Source: a virus | DNA: 64,000 nucleotides | Virus record (IMG/VR): IMGVR_UViG_3300047157_000171 | Direction: 5' to 3' (one strand) | Part shown: piece by piece, positions 18,756 to 27,890 of the stretch | How the letters are laid out: each line of letters starts with the position of its first letter | How positions within the stretch are numbered: position 1 is the first letter of the stretch | The notes under the pieces: generated by a model | The model's database searches: none | The model's input: only the letters and a program-made list of their open reading frames with translations | What the model was told of the DNA's origin: nothing | Position numbers and translations under genes: made by a program

Positions 18756-19288
18756 TGATAGTAGAAACAAAAGTTGGGTTGGAGTATAAGGTACCTAAAG
18801 GACCGAGATTAAAATCAAGAAGAGAGTTTCAGTTAGATGATGGGTTAGTAATAGCAACTTTTGATGGTGACTTAAGTGATTTAGATTTTATGGTAAAATA
18901 CTTAGACCCTAATGTTTCTAAGAGTTTAAGAACCCCGTCTTATTGTATGATTGGTGTGGACTTATTATTGAAGGCTCAACAGAATAAAGGGTTAACTAAG
19001 GATTTTATTATTGAGTTTATTCAATTATGGGACAACTTAGTTCCACCATCAGATATTGAAGCTAGAGATAGTTACGTATTTAACTTTGATAATGTGTTAG
19101 GTGATTATTCCGAATTAAACTTCTATGGTGAAATGTCAGTTGAGATGTTATCAACAGTCATTAATTTGTATGTGTTAAATGAGAAGTCTAAGTTAAAAGG
19201 TAAGAAGTTTAGGACCCTTTTAGAGAGTATCGTTAAATATTGTGATAACAATATGGACTACTTCACACTAATTTCTAAGATAAAGTAG
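18755..19288 (+). CDS. Hypothetical protein
   Basis: 177-aa ORF coupled to the glutaredoxin gene. Confidence 0.7.
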   Translation: MIVETKVGLEYKVPKGPRLKSRREFQLDDGLVIATFDGDLSDLDFMVKYLDPNVSKSLRTPSYCMIGVDLLLKAQQNKGLTKDFIIEFIQLWDNLVPPSDIEARDSYVFNFDNVLGDYSELNFYGEMSVEMLSTVINLYVLNEKSKLKGKKFRTLLESIVKYCDNNMDYFTLISKIK

Positions 19289-19296
19289 TATTTATA
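19289..19296 (+). promoter_or_regulatory. Putative late-promoter motif TATTTATA
   Basis: In the 24-nt gap before 19313. Confidence 0.45.
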
Positions 19297-19312
19297 GTTA
19301 ATACTATCTACT

Positions 19313-20125
19313 ATGGAAAAAAAATACGAGATTAAAGTTAGAGACAAAGGTTTTAGCGTGTTACGTACTAATGACGTGATAGGGTTTAAAACGTATACGG
19401 TTGTTAATGAGAATGACAGTAACTACTATACCGTATCAGTTGCTAATAACGCAACCTTAAAAGAATCTAATAATGATGAGGTTTTTTATGTCATTAAGGA
19501 GAAAGGTAAAAGAGTTATTAGAGAAAATATAAACACAATCTTTCCAACTACAATTGTAAATTACTTTCTATCGAATTTAAATGAAAATGAAGAGTATGTG
19601 GGGGAAGGTAATTCAGAAGAGGTTTTAGATTACCTTTATGATACTTTCAATAGGTTAAGTTATCGAGTAAGACATGTAATATATTACGATAATATAGAAG
19701 ACTCTTTAGATTATGAATTTTTATTAATAATTGGAGGTGATTTGGATACTATATATCTTTCAGTTAAGGAAAACGGTGATATTTTTGTTGTTGACAATGA
19801 CGAAGTTCATTTGTTAGGTGATACAGGTTCTCCTGAGTATTTTGAAAAGTCTTTATCTACTTACTTAAGTGGTATGGAACATTTTACTGCGATGGTTAAT
19901 GAGGATATGGATGATGAGGTCATCATTGAGTCATTTAATCAAACACACGGTATTGTAATAGAAAATAGAATTGCTCAAATATACAATAAGAATACTTCAA
20001 AATCTTGTGGTTATATTGATAGACGTAATGGTGTTTATAAATTAACAGAAGATGTTAAATTATATGGGGTTGATAGGTTAAAATCTATTGTTGAAAACTA
20101 CGAAGTAAAACAATTACTTAAATAG
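19313..20125 (+). CDS. Hypothetical, putative head-associated protein
   Basis: Many (I/L/V)xE motifs: VNE, LKE, IRE, LNE, IIE, VIE, LTE, IVE. Confidence 0.6.
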   Translation: MEKKYEIKVRDKGFSVLRTNDVIGFKTYTVVNENDSNYYTVSVANNATLKESNNDEVFYVIKEKGKRVIRENINTIFPTTIVNYFLSNLNENEEYVGEGNSEEVLDYLYDTFNRLSYRVRHVIYYDNIEDSLDYEFLLIIGGDLDTIYLSVKENGDIFVVDNDEVHLLGDTGSPEYFEKSLSTYLSGMEHFTAMVNEDMDDEVIIESFNQTHGIVIENRIAQIYNKNTSKSCGYIDRRNGVYKLTEDVKLYGVDRLKSIVENYEVKQLLK

Positions 20126-20127
20126 TA

Positions 20128-20679
20128 TTATTGTCTTATCAGTAGGTCTATAAAGTGTTCTTTAAGGTCCATTCTTTCTTCTTCGGGGTAACTACACCAC
20201 TGCCAAGTAATACTTGCTTTAATCGTATCTATTTCGGTCTGAACTTTCTTACAGTTTTTCTCTAAGGTGTCTAAATCTTTCTTATCAAATTCTTTCTCGA
20301 TATCAATATCTAATTCGTCTGATAACATAACCAACTCCATTAGATTTAAATCTTCATATGCTTTGGCTGCTTTTGAAAATATCTTATTCATCTTTTCGTC
20401 CTTAATAACGTCAGGATGTGTTTTACGTGAGATATTACGGTACAGTTCTTTTGCGATTTTAGAATTGTTCTTAGGTTTAACCTCTTCGTTAAGTTCATCG
20501 ATTAGTTTTTGACCTTCAGCGGATGCCTTATCAATACCATCATGATTAGACTCGTCCATTAGGGTATCTTTAAAGTCCTCCATAAATATTGCAGTATATT
20601 CTTCCTGTTGTGAAGTCACTTCGTCTAATTCTAATTGGAGGTATTTGTATTTAAACACCCATTTTTTTGTTGTATTCAT
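20128..20679 (-). CDS. J-domain-like protein
   Basis: AKELYRNISRKTHPDV..KIFSKAAKAYE (helix II-HPD-helix III) flanked by coiled coils. Confidence 0.75.
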   Translation of the reverse strand: MNTTKKWVFKYKYLQLELDEVTSQQEEYTAIFMEDFKDTLMDESNHDGIDKASAEGQKLIDELNEEVKPKNNSKIAKELYRNISRKTHPDVIKDEKMNKIFSKAAKAYEDLNLMELVMLSDELDIDIEKEFDKKDLDTLEKNCKKVQTEIDTIKASITWQWCSYPEEERMDLKEHFIDLLIRQ

Positions 20680-20680
20680 A

Positions 20681-21658
20681 TTAAAATATAATAAGTTCTT
20701 TAGTTTTGTCTAACTGTTCCCATTGAAATTTATCAGGAGTATCAAAACCGTTAATATAGTAATCTTTATAAATTGGTGTAAAAAAATCTAACTTATCTTT
20801 CATTTGTTTAATTGATAGAGGAAAGACATCCATAACACAACTATAAATATTTTTCATATCGTATTTCTCAGTACCAAATGAATTAATATTAAAACTTAAT
20901 GGTGTGATTGAACTTTGATTAAAGTTAACACTTATTAAACATTCGTCCATCAATGAACTATTAACAATGTTCTTAGACATATACCTCAAATAAAGAGGTA
21001 GTATTCTATTTGGTGATAATGGGTCAGAACCAATGAATTGATTATTGGTGGTTGGTAATTCGTGATAACTATGTAGTGTGTTATTATTAGTATAAAACTC
21101 ACTATGGGTTGTGTATGTGTTTAAGATACTTACAGAAGGTTTCTCTAATTTTGGGTCGTCGAGTCTAACGATATTTAAAACATCTTTCTTAGACACACTC
21201 CTGTCGTTAGTCATAACAGTAATTGATACGACATTACATTCTTTCGTATCGTATGTTAATTGACAAATGTGCGAGTGACTTTTACTTAACCCGTCTACGA
21301 TTTTTTGTGAGATGTGTTTACCAATAGGGTATGAGTTGACTACATTTTTTGTTGAGTAACCATAATAGTTACCATAATGTAGTGTGTCAGAATAAATTGG
21401 CGATTTTTGTTGAAAAAAATTAATCTCGGAGAACGTATTAAATAACTCAAAATTATCTTGGAAAAGGTATGATTTCAAATCAATTAAGTTTGTAGTAGGA
21501 AGATAGATATTACAGTATTTACCAAATATTGAAGTATTTATATTGTAAGGAAACAGATTGTTACACTCAATGAAGTAGTCCACAATAGATTCACTAATAA
21601 TATTAGGAATAGATTGTTTAGTTTTAACCGAATAAGACTTGTAATTTCTGTATCTCAC
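20681..21658 (-). CDS. Degenerate S-adenosylmethionine synthetase (MetK)-like protein, probable pseudo-enzyme
   Basis: Collinear MetK-like motifs YGYSTKN..YPIG, QLTYD..VVSITV, GSDP..NRILPLYLRYMSKNIV..L.DECLI, PLSFNINSFGT, VFPLS..MKDKLD..PIYK, FQWEQLDK; GHPDK, TGRK and GGGAFSGKD absent. Confidence 0.75.
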   Translation of the reverse strand: MRYRNYKSYSVKTKQSIPNIISESIVDYFIECNNLFPYNINTSIFGKYCNIYLPTTNLIDLKSYLFQDNFELFNTFSEINFFQQKSPIYSDTLHYGNYYGYSTKNVVNSYPIGKHISQKIVDGLSKSHSHICQLTYDTKECNVVSITVMTNDRSVSKKDVLNIVRLDDPKLEKPSVSILNTYTTHSEFYTNNNTLHSYHELPTTNNQFIGSDPLSPNRILPLYLRYMSKNIVNSSLMDECLISVNFNQSSITPLSFNINSFGTEKYDMKNIYSCVMDVFPLSIKQMKDKLDFFTPIYKDYYINGFDTPDKFQWEQLDKTKELIIF

Positions 21659-21708
21659 TTTTTTTTTAATAAATGTATATAAATTATACTACATTATAAA
21701 GGAGGTGA

Positions 21709-21716
21709 TATTTATA
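21709..21716 (+). promoter_or_regulatory. Putative late-promoter motif TATTTATA
   Basis: Upstream of the first fibre-cluster gene. Confidence 0.45.
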
Positions 21717-21745
21717 AAAGTATTAAAACAGTAAAAAGATAATAA

Positions 21746-24316
21746 ATGGCTAGGTATAGAAGGCTCACCACAACTACTACTTCAATCATTCAGGGCGTCC
21801 CGTCCACTATCGACACAATACAAGAATTAGCATCATTCGTAAATGAAAATGCTATTATTAATGTTGATGTAAACGGGTTAGACTTAGTAATTGACAGAAA
21901 TAACGGAACACAAGACGTTATTGATTTAACTCCTATTGCTACAGGAGAGGTAAGTGCGGTATCTATAATAAGTGCTGGTTTAAATAACGGTACTTTAACA
22001 CTAACCAAGTCAGACAACACAGAGTTTAGTGTTGATTTAAAACAACTACAATTCATCGTTACCCCTTCATTGGTTGGTAACGATTTAATATTTACAGATT
22101 CTTTAGGTTCTACAATTAGTATTGACCTAACTTCATTCGACCAAACAGTTTCAGTTAATTCGCTTTCTACACGTATTTCTTCAGAAGAAATCAGTAGAAT
22201 CGCGGGGGATAACTCATTATCTGGTTCGATAAATTCACTTTCAACGAGAATAGATAATAGTGGTTCTACGTATGACGATACTGCCGTGTATGGTGAGATA
22301 TCTACGGTAAAAACGTCATTAGATAGTAGAATAAATGGTATTTCTATACCATCAGAATTTGATTCAAGTTCTTTAACCACTAGAGTTTCATCGGTAGAGA
22401 GTACGGTTAACGGAATCTCAATTCCTTCGGAGTTTGATTCGAGTTCGTTAACAACAAGAATATCTTCAGTAGAGAGTACGGTTGATGGGATTTCAATTCC
22501 TTCGGAGTTTGATTCTTCTTCACTAACCAGTAGAATTTCTATTGAGGAGAGTGTTCGTACTGATGGTGATACATCGATTTCACAGTCGATTAATCAAAGG
22601 TTTAGTAATATAAGTGGTTCTATTTACGATGACACGTCATTAACAACAAGGGTATCATCAATAGAGAGTAGCGTTGACGGAATATCAGTACCTACAGATG
22701 TGTCTGATTTAACTGACAATGGAAGTCTTTTAAATGGTACGACATATGATGATACATCGATAGAGAGTAGGGTTAGTCTAACCGAAAGTGTTAATAGTTC
22801 TTTAGATTCAAGAATATCAACTGAAGAGTCTAATAGAATATTATCTGATGTATCACAAAACACATCAATAGACCAAAGATTCACAAACCTTAGTAGTTCT
22901 ACATATAATGATACGTCTTTAGTTACACGAGTATCTTCAGTGGAGAGTACAATCAATGGTATATCAATACCGTCTGAATTCGACCCTTCATCTTTAGAGG
23001 ATAGAGTATCTGTGGAGAAAGTTGGTAGAATTGCTGGTGATAATTCATTAACAATTCGTGTTAGTCAGTTAGAAGTTGCTGACCCATCTATAGACAGTAG
23101 AATATCAACTGAAGAGTCATCTCGTATATCGGGTGATACTTCGATAGACCAAAGATTTAGTAATCTTAGTGGTTCTATATATAATGATACATCATTAGTA
23201 AGTAGGGTATCAACATTAGAGGATACGGTTGGTGGCATATCTATACCATCAGAATTTGATTCGACATCACTTACAACGAGGTTATCGTCAGTAGAGAGTA
23301 CGGTTAATGGTATTTCAATACCATCAGAATTTGATTCAAGTTCAATTGAGACACGTATCACAACAAACGATACTCATATAGCTTCTATTAATAATAGAGT
23401 ATCAACCAAAGAAATTTTAATTAGTGATGTATCAACAGAGTTGGCGTCATTATCTATACCATCAGAATTTAATTCTTCGTCTTTAACAACGAGAATATCT
23501 GCGATGGAGATTGTTCATGATTTAGACGAACAATCAATCAACACAAAAATATCGAGTAATAGTTCAACAATAGCTTCATTAGATAATAAGTTATCGTTAA
23601 CTGAAACTAATTTTAGTTCGGATATATCATCATTAACTAGTTTAATTGGTGGGTTACAAACTGTTGTTAACAGTCAACAATCTACAATAGTCTCATTAGG
23701 GGATAAAATTGAAGAATGTTGTGATGGTCCTGAACCGACTACAACAACTACGACAACAGATAGTTCAACGACTACTACAACAACTGAGTCACCAACGACT
23801 ACTACAACAACTGAGTCACCAACAACTACAACAACAACGACTCAGAGTGGTACGACTACAACGACAACGACATTAAATAGTAGTAACTCTTATCTATTAT
23901 ATGCTGACGCTGGACCTGGTGCAGGACAAGTATTATACAATTCGAGTAACCAACAATTTTATCCGTTCTTAGTACAAAATAGTCCAACAAATTTTAATGA
24001 TTTTGTTACGGACAGACTTAACAATTCAAATAATATTACTATATTTAGTCATGACGTATGTGCAGATAAAAACACCGTCACTTTTAGTTTGAATTTCCCA
24101 GGAAGTACAAACGGAGTACAGGCGTTCTACTTACATCCGTCGTCTCAAGGTACAATAGTTAATATACTTGATACAAATAATAATACTACCTATTCTGTGA
24201 CACCAAGTAGTGGTCAATCGGTAACGATAGGTGGTGCTAACTATACCTTATATAGATGGTTACAACCACAACCAAATGGTTCGACTTTCTCAATAAAGGT
24301 AAATAATTGTTTATAA
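21746..24316 (+). CDS. Fibre-like virion protein with trimeric coiled-coil repeats and Thr-rich linker
   Basis: Repeats SLTTRVSSVESTVNGISIPSEFDS; TTTTTT/ESPTTT linker before a ~145-aa C-terminal domain. Confidence 0.7.
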   Translation: MARYRRLTTTTTSIIQGVPSTIDTIQELASFVNENAIINVDVNGLDLVIDRNNGTQDVIDLTPIATGEVSAVSIISAGLNNGTLTLTKSDNTEFSVDLKQLQFIVTPSLVGNDLIFTDSLGSTISIDLTSFDQTVSVNSLSTRISSEEISRIAGDNSLSGSINSLSTRIDNSGSTYDDTAVYGEISTVKTSLDSRINGISIPSEFDSSSLTTRVSSVESTVNGISIPSEFDSSSLTTRISSVESTVDGISIPSEFDSSSLTSRISIEESVRTDGDTSISQSINQRFSNISGSIYDDTSLTTRVSSIESSVDGISVPTDVSDLTDNGSLLNGTTYDDTSIESRVSLTESVNSSLDSRISTEESNRILSDVSQNTSIDQRFTNLSSSTYNDTSLVTRVSSVESTINGISIPSEFDPSSLEDRVSVEKVGRIAGDNSLTIRVSQLEVADPSIDSRISTEESSRISGDTSIDQRFSNLSGSIYNDTSLVSRVSTLEDTVGGISIPSEFDSTSLTTRLSSVESTVNGISIPSEFDSSSIETRITTNDTHIASINNRVSTKEILISDVSTELASLSIPSEFNSSSLTTRISAMEIVHDLDEQSINTKISSNSSTIASLDNKLSLTETNFSSDISSLTSLIGGLQTVVNSQQSTIVSLGDKIEECCDGPEPTTTTTTTDSSTTTTTTESPTTTTTTESPTTTTTTTQSGTTTTTTTLNSSNSYLLYADAGPGAGQVLYNSSNQQFYPFLVQNSPTNFNDFVTDRLNNSNNITIFSHDVCADKNTVTFSLNFPGSTNGVQAFYLHPSSQGTIVNILDTNNNTTYSVTPSSGQSVTIGGANYTLYRWLQPQPNGSTFSIKVNNCL
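23766..23819 (+). repeat. Perfect 27-nt tandem duplication in the Thr-rich linker
   Basis: caacgactactacaacaactgagtcac x2, encoding TTTTTTESP. Confidence 0.9.
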
Positions 24317-24317
24317 T

Positions 24318-25199
24318 ATGGCTGACGAAATATTTCCAATTCAAGAAGGTGGTTTAACAGTGGGAGGACCTATCGTACCAGCATCTGAAGATGCTACGTA
24401 CGGAACGCACTTCTCATATTTAGGTGTTGGTGGGTATGTTGAAGTACCAACTGACGATTATAGAAATGGAATCCCTGTGGGTTCAAACATAAATGCTGAC
24501 GGATATTCTTCAGGTAGAAGAAGATTCGGTATGATGGTTTATGTTATTGAGGATAATAAACTTTATAGACTATCACCTACAAAGGCCGATGGTAATAAGG
24601 TATCGTTATCTGATTGGGACAACGCAAGTGAAGCACAAAAGATTGTTTGGTTAGACCCTATGGCGTCTGCATTTGACTTCTCAACGTTCTCACAAATAAC
24701 AGGGACACAAAATGATGATGATGCTTGGGAAGAGTTAGATTTCACGTCAGGTGGAAGTAATACAGATACTAAAGTGTCAGGTGCGACTCTAACGGGTTCA
24801 GTACTTTCAATAAAACAAAACAACGGAGAACCTAATATCAATTTAGATTTATCAGGTTTAGACGACCGTTTTGTATATGCTGGTAGCTATAACGCTGGTC
24901 AACTAACGTTAAATATATCAGGTGCTGATGATGTGGTAGTTCCATTACAGGGATTAGTAAACACCATAGCAGATACGGCATCATTCGATGCTACAACAAA
25001 TAAAATAGTATTCTCAAGTGATGGAGGAGGTAGTCTATTTAGTGTAGACCTTTCAGCACTTAAGGATAACGAAGATAATTTAGTCGCTTCGGAAGCGGTC
25101 AACGGTGAGGTTGATGTCGTAACTGAAGAAGAACTAACGCAGAGAATTAATGAAGATTTTTCTGATTATTTAGACGATAATCTTAATTCATTAATTTAA
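24318..25199 (+). CDS. Fibre-associated virion protein
   Basis: RRRFGMMVYVIEDNKLYRL motif; GxxLxL..xxDLSxL beta-repeats shared with neighbouring fibres. Confidence 0.6.
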   Translation: MADEIFPIQEGGLTVGGPIVPASEDATYGTHFSYLGVGGYVEVPTDDYRNGIPVGSNINADGYSSGRRRFGMMVYVIEDNKLYRLSPTKADGNKVSLSDWDNASEAQKIVWLDPMASAFDFSTFSQITGTQNDDDAWEELDFTSGGSNTDTKVSGATLTGSVLSIKQNNGEPNINLDLSGLDDRFVYAGSYNAGQLTLNISGADDVVVPLQGLVNTIADTASFDATTNKIVFSSDGGGSLFSVDLSALKDNEDNLVASEAVNGEVDVVTEEELTQRINEDFSDYLDDNLNSLI

Positions 25200-25231
25200 T
25201 GTAAAACGAGATACTTACGACCGGTGGGTTG

Positions 25232-25239
25232 TATTTATT
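25232..25239 (+). promoter_or_regulatory. Putative late-promoter motif TATTTATT
   Basis: Intergenic, upstream of 25270. Confidence 0.4.
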
Positions 25240-25269
25240 AATAATAAACCATATATAAAAACAAACAAA

Positions 25270-27786
25270 ATGGCAAACACACAATTTCAAGATTTAGCAT
25301 CACTTATTGCGGGTAAGTTGAATTTAATCATTGGTAAAGTAAACACCAACACATCAGGAAGGACTTCATTAGGAGTTGCAATTTCTGACGAGGCGGCTAC
25401 ACGTTTATCAAATGACAATTCAATCGTAGCATTAATCGACGCTAACGATGCAAAAGACGTATCATTAGAAACAAGAGTTTCAGGTGAAGAGGTCTTAAGA
25501 GCAAATGCTGACGGTTCTTTAACAACAAGAATCGGAGCGGAAGAAGTAGCAAGAGCGAGTGCTGATTTAGCGGCGTCTCAATCAGTTACTGCAAAATTAA
25601 CATCAGTAGATTCAAGAGTAACTGCTGAGGAGTCTTCAAGAGTTATAGGTGACGCATCTGTAACAACTGCAATGACTAATAAAATTAATCAAGTTGAAGC
25701 GGATTCAATTTCTGCTGACGGTTCATTAGCAACTGCTATCGGTAACGAGGCGACTGCTAGAGCAAACGCTGACGGTTCTTTAACAACAAGAGTATCGAAC
25801 GAAGAAGTAGCAAGAGCAAACGGAGACGTTTCAATCGCGGCTTTACTTTCGACTGAGGTTGTTGACAGAACAAACGCAGATGCTGCTGAATACGCGGCTA
25901 GAGTAAATGCTGACAGTTCATTAAATTCTAAGATTTCTTCTGAAACTTCAGCAAGAGTATCGGCTATCACATCAGTAGACGCACAATTAGCGGGTGGTGT
26001 TGGTTCAATCGAAACAAGATTATCTGAAGAAGAAGTAGCATCAGCATCGTCTGACGCATCTATCGTTGTTGCTTACCAAGCGGCTGACGTATCTTTAACT
26101 TCAAGATTATCTTCTGAAGAAGTAGCAAGAGCAAACGGAGATTCTGCATTAGAAACTTCATTAAACTCTGAGATTTCTTCAAGAGCATCAGGTGATGTAG
26201 TATTAGATGGTAAAATCTCAACAGAAGTTGTAAGAGCAACTGCTGCTGAAGGTTCATTAAATACTAAAGTATCTGTTGAAACGGCAAGAGCAATCGGTGT
26301 TGAAGGTTCATTAGAAACAAGAATTTCTTCTGAAGAGGAAGCTACAGTATCTTTAGCTAACTCATTACAGGTTTACATGTCTGACGAAGTTGAGTCAATT
26401 GACGTAAGAGTATCAAACGAAGAATCGACATCAGCATCAGCTGACGCATCTATCGTTGTTGCTTACCAAGCGGCTGACGGTGTATTAGAAACAAGAATTT
26501 CTAACGAGGAAATCGCAAGAGCTAACGGAGATTCTGCATTAGAAACTTCATTAAACTCTGAAATCTCTTCAAGAGTATCAGGTGATTTATCGTTAAACAA
26601 CAAAATTGATTCAGAAATTTCAACTGAGGTTATCGCAAGAGACTCGGCAATTACTGTAGCAATTAACGACTTAGTAGATGGAGCAGGTGATGCTTACAAT
26701 ACTTTAAGTGAGTTACAAGCAGAATTAGAAGGTAACGATAGTGATATCGCAACTATCTTAACGGCACAAGGTTCTTTATCAACAAGAATCGGAGCTGAAG
26801 AGTCTGTATCTGCATCAGCTGACGCATCTATCGAACTTAGAGTTTCAACTTTAGAGAACGGTAATACATCAGCAGTAGATTCATTAGATGTAAGAGTAAC
26901 GGCTGAAGAGTCAATCTCAATTTCATCTGACGCATCTTTAGAGACAAGAATCTCAAATGATGAAGACGCATTAGCAGCGGCGAAAGTTTCATTAGGAAAC
27001 GCTGACGGTTCATTAGAAACAAGAATTTCTGAAGAAGAATCAGTACAAGCATCTGTAGAATCATCTTTAACTACAAGAGTTTCAAACGAAGAATCAACAA
27101 GATTGGCTAAAGACACTTCAATCGAGGTAGCTTACCAAGCGGCTGACACTTCATTAACGTCAAGAATTTCTGCTGAAGAAGTTTTAAGAGCGACAACAGA
27201 CAACAACTTAGCAATCGCTATCGAAGATGAAGAATCAAGAGCAATTGCAGTTGAAGGTTCGTTAAACACTAAACTTAACACTGAAATTTCAACACGTTCT
27301 ACGGCTGACGTATCGTTAAATACGAAAATTAACAGTGTAGAAACTAAATTTGACGGAGAAGTTGAGACTGAATCAATCGCAAGAGTTTCAGCTGACACTT
27401 CATTAACATCAAGATTATCAACTGAGGAAGTAGCAAGAGCTAACGGTGACGCATCTGTATTAGCAGCGGCAACATCATCAGCAACGGCAGTATCAGTAGC
27501 ATTATCAAGTGAGATTTCTTCTACTAACGCAGATTTCATATCATCAGACGCAAGAGTCCTTGCTGAAGAAGGTGCGAGAGGAGCGGCAGACACGTCATTA
27601 ACGACAAGATTATCGTCTGAAGAAGTAGCAAGAGCTAACGGAGACAATGCAATTAACGTAGACTTAACATCTTTAGAAACAAGAGTTTCAACTGATGAAG
27701 TAGCGTTAGCTGACCACATCGCTTTCCAAGGAACAGTTGCAGAATTCTCAACTGTATTAGATGCTAACATTATAGCATTAAGTTAA
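25270..27786 (+). CDS. Long coiled-coil fibre protein (838 aa)
   Basis: About 18-residue repeat SLxTRISxEExxRxxxD along most of its length; internal ~150-bp duplication (~26040-26195 vs ~26430-26585). Confidence 0.75.
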   Translation: MANTQFQDLASLIAGKLNLIIGKVNTNTSGRTSLGVAISDEAATRLSNDNSIVALIDANDAKDVSLETRVSGEEVLRANADGSLTTRIGAEEVARASADLAASQSVTAKLTSVDSRVTAEESSRVIGDASVTTAMTNKINQVEADSISADGSLATAIGNEATARANADGSLTTRVSNEEVARANGDVSIAALLSTEVVDRTNADAAEYAARVNADSSLNSKISSETSARVSAITSVDAQLAGGVGSIETRLSEEEVASASSDASIVVAYQAADVSLTSRLSSEEVARANGDSALETSLNSEISSRASGDVVLDGKISTEVVRATAAEGSLNTKVSVETARAIGVEGSLETRISSEEEATVSLANSLQVYMSDEVESIDVRVSNEESTSASADASIVVAYQAADGVLETRISNEEIARANGDSALETSLNSEISSRVSGDLSLNNKIDSEISTEVIARDSAITVAINDLVDGAGDAYNTLSELQAELEGNDSDIATILTAQGSLSTRIGAEESVSASADASIELRVSTLENGNTSAVDSLDVRVTAEESISISSDASLETRISNDEDALAAAKVSLGNADGSLETRISEEESVQASVESSLTTRVSNEESTRLAKDTSIEVAYQAADTSLTSRISAEEVLRATTDNNLAIAIEDEESRAIAVEGSLNTKLNTEISTRSTADVSLNTKINSVETKFDGEVETESIARVSADTSLTSRLSTEEVARANGDASVLAAATSSATAVSVALSSEISSTNADFISSDARVLAEEGARGAADTSLTTRLSSEEVARANGDNAINVDLTSLETRVSTDEVALADHIAFQGTVAEFSTVLDANIIALS

Positions 27787-27804
27787 TAAAATTAAGGTAT
27801 GTTT

Positions 27805-27832
27805 AAAGGGAGGGGGTTTCCCCCTCCTTTTA
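27805..27832 (+). terminator. Intrinsic terminator
   Basis: aaagggagggg-gttt-cccctcctttt. Confidence 0.75.
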
Positions 27833-27890
27833 TTAACTTATATAAAAATAAAACCTCGGAAACGAGGAGTGTATAAAAAAACAAAGAATA

